Origin: an uncultured Sphingopyxis sp. | GTDB taxonomy: Bacteria > Pseudomonadota > Alphaproteobacteria > Sphingomonadales > Sphingomonadaceae | Length of the DNA stretch: 64,000 bases | Assembly: GCA_966250105.1 (NCBI GenBank) | Contig: CBINGC010000015.1 | Coordinates: 2,496-66,495 of the forward strand | Reading direction: 5' to 3' | Shown: in pieces, positions 35,204-44,739 of the stretch | Numbering within the stretch: position 1 is the first letter of the stretch | Layout: every line of letters begins with the position of its first letter | Position numbers and translations under genes: made by a program | The notes under the pieces: generated by a model | Told to the model about the DNA's origin: nothing | What the model saw: the letters and a program-made list of their open reading frames with translations, nothing else | The model's database searches: none

Positions 35204-38200
35204 CAATAATCCTTGCGGTACCGAATGCTGAGGTTCGACTGCCCCGAGCCGCCCGCTTGGCTGAGCAGCGACAGCGCCCGGGTCAGGCTGATTTCGAGCT
35301 GAGTTGCGGTATAACCGCGCGCGTCGGTGATGACCTCAAGATAGATGTCCTTGGTGATATATTGGCCGGCGGCGAGCGCCGCCCCGCGCCCGACGGTATC
35401 GTCGGGTCCGAGCACGCGCAGCCGGTCGATTCCCGTCGCCGACTGAAGCGCGCCGAGCGGGCTCAGCCCCCCACCACCGCTACTCAGCGTGTTGAGCGAC
35501 GAAGCGAGCTGAACCGCCTGCAGCGGCGACAGCGTGGTAATCGAATCGCCGAACAGGATGCGCGAGACGATCTCGTCCTGCGGCAGACCGGGAACGCTCG
35601 AGAAGGCGACCTGCGGATTGCTCGCACGCCCCGTCACGCTGACAGTGACCGTCACCGTTTCGATCGTGTCATCTGCGATCAGGCGGATCGCGGGATCGAA
35701 CGCATCGCCGGTCGGGAAGGTCACCCTCCCTTCCTTAAGCTCGAATGAGCGACCCGCAAAGCCGAGCGTGCCGCGCACCAGTTCGATCTCGCCGGTCACC
35801 TGCGGCGCCTGCGTCGTTCCGCGGAGCACGATATCGGCGCTCCATTCGGATTCGAGCCCCATGCCCGAGACGTATATCTCGTCGGGCGCCTTCAGCGCGA
35901 TGTCGAGGCGGATGAGGTCGAACAGGCTGCCGCCGACCGCCGCGAGCCCGTCGCCGCTGATCCTCTGGCGCCCGGCGGGGGGTTTGCGCCGCACGCCGGT
36001 CAGAACCGGCACCTGCGCCGCGCCCTCGCGTACGATGCGATAGCGCGTTTCAGGAAGGCGAAGGCTGCCCGAGAGCAAGGCGGTTTGTCCCGCAACCTTT
36101 TCGAGTGTCAAATTGCCCGTCGCGCGCGCGGCGATGTTCTCGCTGCGCGCAAGCCGCGCGTTGTCGAGCGTCGCCGCGATGTTCATCGGATAACCGTCGG
36201 CCGAAGCGAGGCTGACGAAACCCTTCGCCTGTACCGTGCCGTCGCCGGCCTTCGCGGTCAGCTGCTCTATCTCCAGCCGGTTGCCCGTGAAACGGCCGTT
36301 CACGACGATATTCGTCAGCTTGGTGCCATAAGTCTGGTTCTCATACGTCATATCCTTGCCGCGCACCACGCCCTCCAGGCAGGGGTCGGCGACGCTGCAA
36401 CTGAAATCGGCGGCGACCGCGACCGGACCCGCGACGTGCTGATCGGCGGGACCGAAGAAAGAATAGAGCGTGTCGGCGGGGCCATTGTAGCGAATGCCGC
36501 CGCCGAGCGGCGCTGCCATCAGCCGCTCGGTCCAACTGCCCGCGCCGGCACCGAGCGGGCGCAGCGACGCCTGCACCCGGCCGATGACGCTGCCGCGCTT
36601 GCGCATCACCGCCCGCGCCTCGCCGCCGTCGGCCAGCAGCTTGCCGGCGAAATTGACGTCGACCGGCTGGCTCACCGATGCGGCGGTCGTGCGCGTGAAG
36701 CCGGTGATCGTCAGCCGCGCGTCGGCACGGGGAAAGCTCTCGGAATTCGCCTGTTCGAAATCGAGACTGCCCGTCGCGCGGCCGCCCAGCCCCATGTCGG
36801 GATAGATGGCGTTGAGGATCGCCATGTTGACGCGCTCGAGCCGGCTTTGGATCATGATGCCATCACCGAAGCGACCCGCGACACGCGCGCTGCTGCCGCG
36901 GCCGAGATTGACCGTCGTCGGCAGCAATTCATATCCGTCGGCGCCGGGAATGATGCGCGCGGGCGTGGTAGTACGAAAATTGATGCCGGTCGCCCGCCCT
37001 TGCACCGACGCGCGCCACAGCTCGGGCGTCAGGTCGGCGTTCGCGGCGATGCGAAACGGCACCCCGCTCGTTCCCTCGACCAGCGCCTGCGCCTTGCCGC
37101 GGCCATCGCGATAGTCGATCTTCACCCGTCCGACGGCGATATCATATTCGCGGATTTGCGTGTCGGCGATCTGGATGTCGGCGACGATATGCGGCTGGTC
37201 ATAGAGAGTGACGTCGGCATCGACGATCGCCGAGCCGACCGCGAGTTGCGCCGGGCCGGGCAGCACGACATCGTTTGCGCGGATATTGATCGCCGCCGTC
37301 TGATATTCGCCAGCGGCGCCCAGCCGGACGAGCCCGCCCAACCCCTGTCCCGACGCGTTGAGCTGGCCGGTGAACGGCCCGGCCTCGCTCTGCACGAGCC
37401 GGCCGTTGAACCCGATGCCCGCCAGGTCGCCGCGTTCGACGTCGATCGTCAACGGCCCCGCCGCCATCAGCAGCACGACGTCGGCCGACAGCGGCCCATA
37501 GTCGGTGTCGCCCGTCGCCGCGAGGCGGTAGCCGTTCGGCGCGCCATTGATCCGCGCGACGAGATTGGCGAGCCCGATGCCGAGCCCCGGTCGCTCGGCA
37601 GTCACCACCGCACGCGGGTCGCTGATCGTCCCGGCAAGCTGGACGCCGATCGGACCATAATCGGTCGAGTTCGCGCGCGCGGTCAGCCGGATCTGACCGT
37701 TCGGCGCATAGCTCCCCTGCCCGCCAGTGATGCGCAGGCGCGGTGCCGACAGACGGAGGCTGGAGAAGCGGATCATACCGTCGGTGCCGTAACGTACCGC
37801 GCTCGACGCGGTCGCATTGCCGCCGAGGAAATCGCGAACTCCCGAATTGAATAATCGCGTCGAGCGCGCGCGGACATTGCCAACGATCTCAAACCCGCCG
37901 CGCGGCGCGGTCTTCAGGTCCGCATCGGTGTCGATGTCGAAGATGCCGACGCTTTCGATGCGGTAATCGTTGATCCGCCCGTCGATCGCACCGGTATAAA
38001 AACCCTTGTTGAGATCGGCGATGACGATCGCCTTCGCGTCGATACGCGGTGAACGCAGCCGCAGATTATCGCTGAGGATGCGGCCGTCCGCATAAGCGAG
38101 ATCGCCGTCGAGGCGGACCTGCACGAGAGTCCCGCCCGCGACGGTGTCGAGCCCGCGAATCCGCGCTGCGCGCCCCGCGACCGGAATGACGATCTGGTCG

Positions 38201-39435
38201 GCATCGACGCGCGCTTTGCCCGCGAGGCTCAGCCCCTCGACGACAATGTCGTTGACCGCCAGGCTGCTCGCATTCGCCTGATAATCGACCGTCGGCAGCG
38301 CGAATTCGCCGTCGAGCGTCGCGGTCGCGCGCAGACCGCTCGCGCGCACGGCCGGCGCGATCGCGCCCGGGCGCAGAATATTGGCCGCGAGTTTCAACCC
38401 GTCGAACCGGTTGGCGCCAAGGTCGAGCCCGCCGCTGATCCCGAGCTGCGCCGCGTCCGACGAAAGCCGGCCGTCGACCGCCGCCTTGCGCTCCTGCAGC
38501 CGTGCCGTGAGGTCGATCGCGGTTTCGGCCCCCAGCAACTCAGCCGCGGGGCCGGTCAGCAGCCGCGAAGCCTGCGCCGTTCCTTTGGCAGCGAAGGTTC
38601 CGTCCCGCCCCGTCAGCGCGACGCGCGCAAGCGGCGCAGTGCCGAGATTCGCGGTCAGATTGCCGTTCCACGCCTTCCAGTCGCCGCGCCCGGCGAGCTT
38701 CGCGGTCAGCACTTCCTCGAACCCGCCCATCGCGGCGATCACGCCGCCCTGGGGCGCGGTCAGGTCGAGCGCGACCGTCAGCCGGTTCGCCTCGGGCACC
38801 GCATCGAGTACGAGCTTCAGCGCATCGCCCTGCCCGCCGCCGCCGCTGATCGTCTCGGCGTTGGCGCTGACCTGCGCGCGGCGATCGGCGATCGCGACCT
38901 TGCCGCTGAGCGTCGCTACCTGCCGCTCGCCGGCCACCGCGGGCTCGAAGACGAAGCGGTCGACGCGGAGCAGTCCGACATCGATATCGAGGTCGGGCAG
39001 CAGCGGCTCGCCCGTATCGGGCACCGCCTTGAACGCCGGGACCTTCTCCATCACCAGCGTCTTCGCCGTCGCCGACCTGACATCGATATGGTTCGCAAAA
39101 TAGCGGATCGGCCGCCAATCAACACGAAGCTCGGGCGAGCGCAGGAAAACGCCCTTCGGATCGGACAGGGTGAAATCGCTAACGATCATCTCGCCATAGA
39201 GCGAGCCGTCGAGCCGGCCGATGCCGACCTTCATCCCGTTTTCGAATTCATATTTCTCGATCTGGGTGACGACGAAGCGCCGTCCGGCATCGCTGTTGAG
39301 CCCAATAAGGAACAGCGCAAAGAGCAGGACGAGCCCTAGCAGGGCGAGCCCGACCCAGCGCAGGATCGTGAGCAGCCACGACCGCGGCTCTTCCGGCGCA
39401 GCGTCGTCGGGGGCGAAAGGCGCCTCCCCGGCCAT
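35203..39435 (-). CDS. tamB: Translocation and assembly module subunit TamB (DUF490 / AsmA-like), 1410 aa
   Basis: N-terminal TM anchor (WLLTILRWVGLALLGLVLLFALFLIGL), a very long beta-rich body and a C-terminal DUF490-like segment (...GQYITKDIYLEVITDARGYTATQLEISLTRALSLLSQAG). It lies immediately downstream of tamA with a 1-nt overlap. Confidence 0.9.
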   Translation of the reverse strand: MAGEAPFAPDDAAPEEPRSWLLTILRWVGLALLGLVLLFALFLIGLNSDAGRRFVVTQIEKYEFENGMKVGIGRLDGSLYGEMIVSDFTLSDPKGVFLRSPELRVDWRPIRYFANHIDVRSATAKTLVMEKVPAFKAVPDTGEPLLPDLDIDVGLLRVDRFVFEPAVAGERQVATLSGKVAIADRRAQVSANAETISGGGGQGDALKLVLDAVPEANRLTVALDLTAPQGGVIAAMGGFEEVLTAKLAGRGDWKAWNGNLTANLGTAPLARVALTGRDGTFAAKGTAQASRLLTGPAAELLGAETAIDLTARLQERKAAVDGRLSSDAAQLGISGGLDLGANRFDGLKLAANILRPGAIAPAVRASGLRATATLDGEFALPTVDYQANASSLAVNDIVVEGLSLAGKARVDADQIVIPVAGRAARIRGLDTVAGGTLVQVRLDGDLAYADGRILSDNLRLRSPRIDAKAIVIADLNKGFYTGAIDGRINDYRIESVGIFDIDTDADLKTAPRGGFEIVGNVRARSTRLFNSGVRDFLGGNATASSAVRYGTDGMIRFSSLRLSAPRLRITGGQGSYAPNGQIRLTARANSTDYGPIGVQLAGTISDPRAVVTAERPGLGIGLANLVARINGAPNGYRLAATGDTDYGPLSADVVLLMAAGPLTIDVERGDLAGIGFNGRLVQSEAGPFTGQLNASGQGLGGLVRLGAAGEYQTAAINIRANDVVLPGPAQLAVGSAIVDADVTLYDQPHIVADIQIADTQIREYDIAVGRVKIDYRDGRGKAQALVEGTSGVPFRIAANADLTPELWRASVQGRATGINFRTTTPARIIPGADGYELLPTTVNLGRGSSARVAGRFGDGIMIQSRLERVNMAILNAIYPDMGLGGRATGSLDFEQANSESFPRADARLTITGFTRTTAASVSQPVDVNFAGKLLADGGEARAVMRKRGSVIGRVQASLRPLGAGAGSWTERLMAAPLGGGIRYNGPADTLYSFFGPADQHVAGPVAVAADFSCSVADPCLEGVVRGKDMTYENQTYGTKLTNIVVNGRFTGNRLEIEQLTAKAGDGTVQAKGFVSLASADGYPMNIAATLDNARLARSENIAARATGNLTLEKVAGQTALLSGSLRLPETRYRIVREGAAQVPVLTGVRRKPPAGRQRISGDGLAAVGGSLFDLIRLDIALKAPDEIYVSGMGLESEWSADIVLRGTTQAPQVTGEIELVRGTLGFAGRSFELKEGRVTFPTGDAFDPAIRLIADDTIETVTVTVSVTGRASNPQVAFSSVPGLPQDEIVSRILFGDSITTLSPLQAVQLASSLNTLSSGGGGLSPLGALQSATGIDRLRVLGPDDTVGRGAALAAGQYITKDIYLEVITDARGYTATQLEISLTRALSLLSQAGGSGQSNLSIRYRKDY

Positions 39436-41783
39436 CAGAAGGCCTGCCCGATCGAGACATAGACGCTGACCCGCGCCTCACCCGGCTTGCGCCCGATCGG
39501 CGTCGCGACGTCGAGCCGCATCGGGCCAAAATTGGTGTAATAGCGCGCGCCGATCCCCGCGCCGAAGCGCAGATTCTGGAATGTCGGCGCCGACGAGCGA
39601 TAGACCTGCCCCGCATCGACGAAACCGACGACGCCGAAATTACCGAAGCGATAGCGCGCCTCGAACGCCGCCTCGTTCACGCTGCGGCCGCCGATCGGAT
39701 CGTTGTTGGGGTCCTTGGGGCCCAGCTCTTGAAAACCAAAGCCGCGCACCGATCCGCCACCGCCTGCATAGAAGCGCCGCGACGGGGCCAGCCGCTCACG
39801 CGCCGCCCCGACGATAGATCCGACGCGCACTCTTCCCGCGAGCACGATGCTGTCGGTCACGGGATAATAGCCGCTGATATCGGTGCGGAGCCGCGCATAG
39901 GGTGAGAAGCTCCCGGCGAGCGAGCCTTCGGGCTGGATCAGGCTCGTGATGCGAAAGCCCTTGGTCGGATCGAGCAGGCTGTCGGTCCGGTCCATCCCGA
40001 CCTGTCCGGTCAGGCCGAGGATCGTATAGAAGTCGTAGCTCCGGTTCCCCGTGGCGAAATCATAATCATCTTCGCGCGTCGCAATCAGTTCGACCCCATA
40101 GGCATAGGTGAATTTCTTCTGCCAGATCGGTGTCGAATCATAACTGACGCGCGCGCCGACACGGCCGGTGATCGCGTTGAACGCGTCATAGGTGTTGCGC
40201 GTGACTTCGGTGACGAGTTCGAAGGTGCGATCGCGGCGCCCGGCGTTCGAGCGGCGCAGCGTCGCGCCGATCCCCTGTTCCTGCGTTCCGAGCACGCCGC
40301 GGAAGGTCAGCGCGCCCTCGGGTGGCAGCAGGTTGCGGTGCGTCCAGCTGCCCTCGACCCGGATACCCTGACCCGTACCATAGCCGGCGCTTGCGGCCAG
40401 CGTGCGCGGCGGCCCCTCCTGCTGGGTCACCAGCATCGTCACATATTCGGTGTCGTCGCCCGCGCTCTCGCCGGTCGGCTGCGGTTCGGCGGCGACGGTC
40501 GCGAACAGGCCGGTCGCGACGAGGGCCTGGCGAAGATCGTCGACCATTCGGCTGTCATAGAGGTCACCGCGCTTGAAACGCGCGAGTACCTCGACATGCT
40601 CGGCGTCGAAGGCGAGGTCTCCTGTCGTCTCGATCCCGCCGAAGCGCGAGCGTTTGCCGATATCGACGGGCAGCGTATAGACGCCGTCGCCCGTCGCGCC
40701 GTCGAGCAAGATGTCGCGCTGCCCGACCTTGGCGAAGGGATAACCTTCCTCGGGCAGCTTGAGCGCGATCGCTGCCTCGGCACCCTGGATGCGCTGCGCG
40801 ACGATCGGCTCGCCGACGCTCAGCGGAAAATTGTCGGCGATCAGGTTCGGCGGAACGGTCGGATCGGCTTCAATGATGATGTCGGCCAAAGTGTAGCGTT
40901 TGCCAGGCTTCACATCGATGACCGCGGTGGTCGACCGGCGCCGGCGCTCCTGTCCCTCCTCGCGCGGGCCGCGGTCGATACGGGTGTCGACAACCGCGTC
41001 ATAATAGCCTTCGGACGCGAGAATGCGCTGCATCAGTTCGCCGTCGGCCGAGAGGCGCGCGCGGATCATCGCCGCATTGTCGGCCTTGCCGTCGCCGTCG
41101 TAGAGCGCCGACAGGTCGCCGAACAGGTCGGCAAGATCGACATCGGTGCTGTCGTCGGCATCGCTCAGCCCGTTGACCTGCACCGTATAGGCGATCTCGA
41201 CATTGTCGCTGTCGTCTTCGGGCTCGGCGAACTGAACGGGTTCCACGTCGAAATTTTCAAGCGGCGGCAGCGGCGCGGCGAGTTCGCTGTCGCTGATCGG
41301 CGCATCGCCGATCGCCTCGACCGCATCGCCGTCGGCCAGCGCGGGAACCGGCACCCCGTCCACCTGCGGGGCCGGGGCCTGCGCGGTCGCGCTCGCTGCG
41401 TCTTCGCTATCGCCGGTGCCCGCTGCGTCGCGCCTGGCCGCTTCGGCCGCCTGACGCTTCTCGAATTCGGCGATCGATTCGAGCGGCCGATCGAGTTCGG
41501 CATCGTCCTCGGCACGAATCGGCGGGATCGATCGTTCGAATTCCTCATCCTCGATGATCGGCTCGACGACGGGCAATTGCGCTTCGGGCGGCGGCGGCGA
41601 CGGGGCGGCGATCTCCGCCGAATCGGCATCAAGCGTCGGCACCACTTTCGGCGGCGCGACATCCTGCGCCTGCGCGGCGCTCGCCCAAGCCAAGCCGATG
41701 AGTGACGTCGCGCCGATCAGCAGCGGGCGCATCCGCCGGTGCGGGCGCCAACATAATCTGCGAAGAAAATCAGATTGTTTCAT
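39435..41783 (-). CDS. tamA: Omp85-family outer membrane protein TamA with a long acidic N-terminal extension
   Basis: POTRA region and a C-terminal beta-barrel ending ...VSVYVSIGQAF (terminal aromatic residue). The alternative start at ATG 41732 gives a cleaner signal peptide (MRPLLIGATSLIGLAWASAAQA). Confidence 0.88.
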   Translation of the reverse strand: MKQSDFLRRLCWRPHRRMRPLLIGATSLIGLAWASAAQAQDVAPPKVVPTLDADSAEIAAPSPPPPEAQLPVVEPIIEDEEFERSIPPIRAEDDAELDRPLESIAEFEKRQAAEAARRDAAGTGDSEDAASATAQAPAPQVDGVPVPALADGDAVEAIGDAPISDSELAAPLPPLENFDVEPVQFAEPEDDSDNVEIAYTVQVNGLSDADDSTDVDLADLFGDLSALYDGDGKADNAAMIRARLSADGELMQRILASEGYYDAVVDTRIDRGPREEGQERRRRSTTAVIDVKPGKRYTLADIIIEADPTVPPNLIADNFPLSVGEPIVAQRIQGAEAAIALKLPEEGYPFAKVGQRDILLDGATGDGVYTLPVDIGKRSRFGGIETTGDLAFDAEHVEVLARFKRGDLYDSRMVDDLRQALVATGLFATVAAEPQPTGESAGDDTEYVTMLVTQQEGPPRTLAASAGYGTGQGIRVEGSWTHRNLLPPEGALTFRGVLGTQEQGIGATLRRSNAGRRDRTFELVTEVTRNTYDAFNAITGRVGARVSYDSTPIWQKKFTYAYGVELIATREDDYDFATGNRSYDFYTILGLTGQVGMDRTDSLLDPTKGFRITSLIQPEGSLAGSFSPYARLRTDISGYYPVTDSIVLAGRVRVGSIVGAARERLAPSRRFYAGGGGSVRGFGFQELGPKDPNNDPIGGRSVNEAAFEARYRFGNFGVVGFVDAGQVYRSSAPTFQNLRFGAGIGARYYTNFGPMRLDVATPIGRKPGEARVSVYVSIGQAF

Positions 41784-41916
41784 CTGCTGGCCACCGGTGC
41801 ATCGTTGTGGCTCGCGAGATATGGCAGTGCAACCCGTTTCTCCCCTAATCCCACGCTAACTCGCCGAGATCGGGACAGTTCCCGGCGATGCGGCGAGTTG
41901 CGTCCCGGGGAAACAA

Positions 41917-43110
41917 TCAGGAATCGGCGCCGAACAGATCGCGGCTATAAACCTTGCCCGCGACGTCGGCGAGATCGTCGGTCACGCGGTTCGCGATGAT
42001 GACATCGGCCTCGGCCTTGAAAGCGTCCAGATCGCGGATCACGCGCGAATTGAACAACCTCTCCTCGTCGATCAGCGGCTCATAAACGATCACTTCGATC
42101 CCCTTCGCCTTGACGCGCTTCATCACGCCCAAAATGCTGCTGGCGCGAAAATTGTCCGATCCCGCCTTCATCGCGAGGCGATGGATGCCGACGATGCGGG
42201 GCCCACGCTTGATCACCTCGGACGCTACGAAATCCTTGCGCGTCGTGTTCGACGACACGATCGCCTGGATCAGATTCTGCGGCACATCCTGGTAATTGGC
42301 GAGCATCTGCTTGGTGTCCTTCGGCAGACAATAGCCGCCATAGCCGAAGGAAGGGTTGTTGTAGAAGCTGCCGATCCGGGGGTCGAGGCACACGCCCTCG
42401 ATCACCTGGCGCGGGTCGACGCCGTGCGCGGCGGCATAAGTGTCGAGTTCGTTGAAAAAGGCGACGCGCATCGCGAGATAAGTGTTGGCGAACAGCTTGA
42501 TCGCCTCGGCCTCGGTATTCCCCGTCTGCAGGATCGCGGCATCGGGCTTGAGCGATCCTTCCAGCAGCAGGCGCGCGAAATCAGCCGCGCGGGGATGCGT
42601 GTTGCCGACGATGATCCGCGAGGGATGGAGATTGTCGTAAAGCGCCCGCCCCTCGCGGAGGAACTCGGGCGAAAAGACGATTGCGTCACTACCATGCTCG
42701 GCGCGCATCCGGTCGGTGAAGCCAACCGGGACGGTCGATTTGACGATGATCAGGGCATCGGGCGCCATTACGAGCGCATCGGCGATCACCTTCTCGACCG
42801 TGCTGGTGTTGAAATAATTGGTATCGGGATCATAATCGGTCGGCGTTGCGACGATGACGAAGCGCGCGCCAGCATAAGCCGCGTCGCGATCGGTCGTCGC
42901 GATCAGGTTCAGGGGCCGGTTCGCCAGATAATCCTCGATCTCGGGATCGGCGATCGGCGATTGCTTCGCATTGAGCTGCTCGACCTTGCGCGCATCGATG
43001 TCGAGCGCGACGACCTCATTATGCTGCGCCAGCAATATCGCGTTGGAAATGCCGACATAGCCCGTGCCGACGACGGCGATCTTGACGGGCGAAACAGATG
43101 CTGGAGCCAA
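41917..43110 (-). CDS. ugd: UDP-glucose 6-dehydrogenase
   Basis: [30 protein letters not shown]...[11 protein letters not shown]... The track start at 43149 is a TTG. I prefer the in-frame TTG at 43110 ([15 protein letters not shown]) because it is preceded by GAGGA at a 7-nt spacing. The start remains uncertain. Confidence 0.88.
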   Translation of the reverse strand: MAPASVSPVKIAVVGTGYVGISNAILLAQHNEVVALDIDARKVEQLNAKQSPIADPEIEDYLANRPLNLIATTDRDAAYAGARFVIVATPTDYDPDTNYFNTSTVEKVIADALVMAPDALIIVKSTVPVGFTDRMRAEHGSDAIVFSPEFLREGRALYDNLHPSRIIVGNTHPRAADFARLLLEGSLKPDAAILQTGNTEAEAIKLFANTYLAMRVAFFNELDTYAAAHGVDPRQVIEGVCLDPRIGSFYNNPSFGYGGYCLPKDTKQMLANYQDVPQNLIQAIVSSNTTRKDFVASEVIKRGPRIVGIHRLAMKAGSDNFRASSILGVMKRVKAKGIEVIVYEPLIDEERLFNSRVIRDLDAFKAEADVIIANRVTDDLADVAGKVYSRDLFGADS

Positions 43111-43179
43111 TGACTTATCCTCTGAGTGATGCGGCGCCGTCCCTAGCAACTGCGATGCACCCGCTCAACCGCGGCCGCG

Positions 43180-44643
43180 TCAGGTGCCGCAGAACGTCTT
43201 GTACGGCCCCGCATCGGCCGGGGCGGGAAGTGTGAAGCGTTCGAGCCCGGGGCGGACCTCGTAAGGATTGCGGACCACGCCGAGCAATTGGAGCCAAGGC
43301 GCGAGATCGCCGGCCTCGGCCGCCTCCAGCACCTCCTCGACCAGATGATTGCGTGGGATATAAAGCGGGTTCACCGCGTCCATCGCCGCGGCATGTTCGA
43401 TCGGCCCCGCCGCGTCGTGCGCGATCCTGTCCCACCATAGAGCGATCCACGGCGCCATCGCGTCGGAACTGGGCAGCAGGCTTTCGAGCATTGCGCCGTC
43501 GCCGCGCAGCAGCATCGCGAGCGCGCGAAAAAAAGAGGTGAAATCGACGCTGTGCGTTTCGAGTTCGTCGAAAAGGCTGTCGATCAATTCGCCGTCGTCG
43601 GCCCCCTCGCCGCTCAGCCCCAGTTTCTTTCTGACCTTCGCATGCCAGCGGGCGCGGAACCGGCCCGGGATCGCATCGACGATCGCCTTCGCCGCCTCGA
43701 CGTCCTCCGGCGACACGCGGTGGATCGCCGGTAGCAACGCCTCGGCAAAGCGCGCCATGTTCCAGTGCATGATCTGCGGCTGACGGCCATAGGCATAGCG
43801 GCCATTGGCATCGATCGAGCTGAACACCGTGTTCACCGCAAAGCGGTCCATGAAGGCGCAGGGGCCGTAATCGATCGTTTCGCCGCTTATCGCGACATTG
43901 TCGGTGTTCATCACGCCATGGATGAAGCCGACTCCCAGCCAATGGGCGATCAACTCGCATTGCAAGCCGGTGACGCGGTCGAGCAGCGCAAGATGCGGAT
44001 TGGCCGCCTCGGCAAGGTCGGGAAAATGCCGCTGGATGCTGTAATCCGATAATTGCGTGACATGGTCGGCGCCGAAATGGGCGGCGAAGAACTGGAAGGT
44101 GCCGACGCGAATGTGGCTACTAGCGACCCGCGTCAATACCGCCCCCGGATGCGCGCGTTCGCGCTGCACCCTGTCGCCCGTCGCGACCGCCGCGAGCGCG
44201 CGAGTTGTCGGCACGCCCATCGCCGCCATCGCCTCGGACACGAGGAATTCGCGCAGCACCGGGCCGATCGCCGCTTTGCCATCGCCGTTGCGCGAGAAGG
44301 CGGTCGGACCCGATCCCTTGAGCTGAACATCGAAGCGCGCACCATCGGGCGCGACGATTTCGCCGAGCAGCAGCGCGCGCCCGTCGCCGAGCTGCGGCGA
44401 AAAACGCCCGAACTGATGCCCGGCATAGGCGAGCGCGAGCGGGTCGGCGCCGGGCGGCAACGCCTGACCGGAAAAGAGCCGCGCCAATTCCTCGCGATCG
44501 GCATTTCCGGCGTCGAGCCCCAGCCGCTCGGCAAGCGCATCGTTGAAAAGAAGCAGCTTCGGCGCCGCGGGCTTCGCGGCTTCGGCGGGAGCGTAGAAAC
44601 CCTCCATGTCGTCATGAAAACTATTGTCGAACGCGAAATCCAT
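43180..44643 (-). CDS. selO: Protein adenylyltransferase SelO (YdiU)
   Basis: LALAYAGHQFGRFSPQLGDGRALLLGE...GVMNTDNVAISGETIDYGPCAFMD is the canonical SelO pseudokinase signature. Confidence 0.9.
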   Translation of the reverse strand: MDFAFDNSFHDDMEGFYAPAEAAKPAAPKLLLFNDALAERLGLDAGNADREELARLFSGQALPPGADPLALAYAGHQFGRFSPQLGDGRALLLGEIVAPDGARFDVQLKGSGPTAFSRNGDGKAAIGPVLREFLVSEAMAAMGVPTTRALAAVATGDRVQRERAHPGAVLTRVASSHIRVGTFQFFAAHFGADHVTQLSDYSIQRHFPDLAEAANPHLALLDRVTGLQCELIAHWLGVGFIHGVMNTDNVAISGETIDYGPCAFMDRFAVNTVFSSIDANGRYAYGRQPQIMHWNMARFAEALLPAIHRVSPEDVEAAKAIVDAIPGRFRARWHAKVRKKLGLSGEGADDGELIDSLFDELETHSVDFTSFFRALAMLLRGDGAMLESLLPSSDAMAPWIALWWDRIAHDAAGPIEHAAAMDAVNPLYIPRNHLVEEVLEAAEAGDLAPWLQLLGVVRNPYEVRPGLERFTLPAPADAGPYKTFCGT

Positions 44644-44739
44644 GCGGCAGCTCCCGGCTGGCGCTTATGTCGAGCTTAGCCGCACCAATTGCAAGTTTTC
44701 GTGTTCGAAGCCGATGGACCCTCGAGGCCGGCAACGCCG

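Noticed and set aside
43115-43960. A 281-aa Arg-rich minus-strand ORF overlapping selO.
   Set aside because: It is out of frame within the well-supported selO gene, and its composition (Arg/Gly/Ala/Pro) is typical of alternative frames in high-GC genes.
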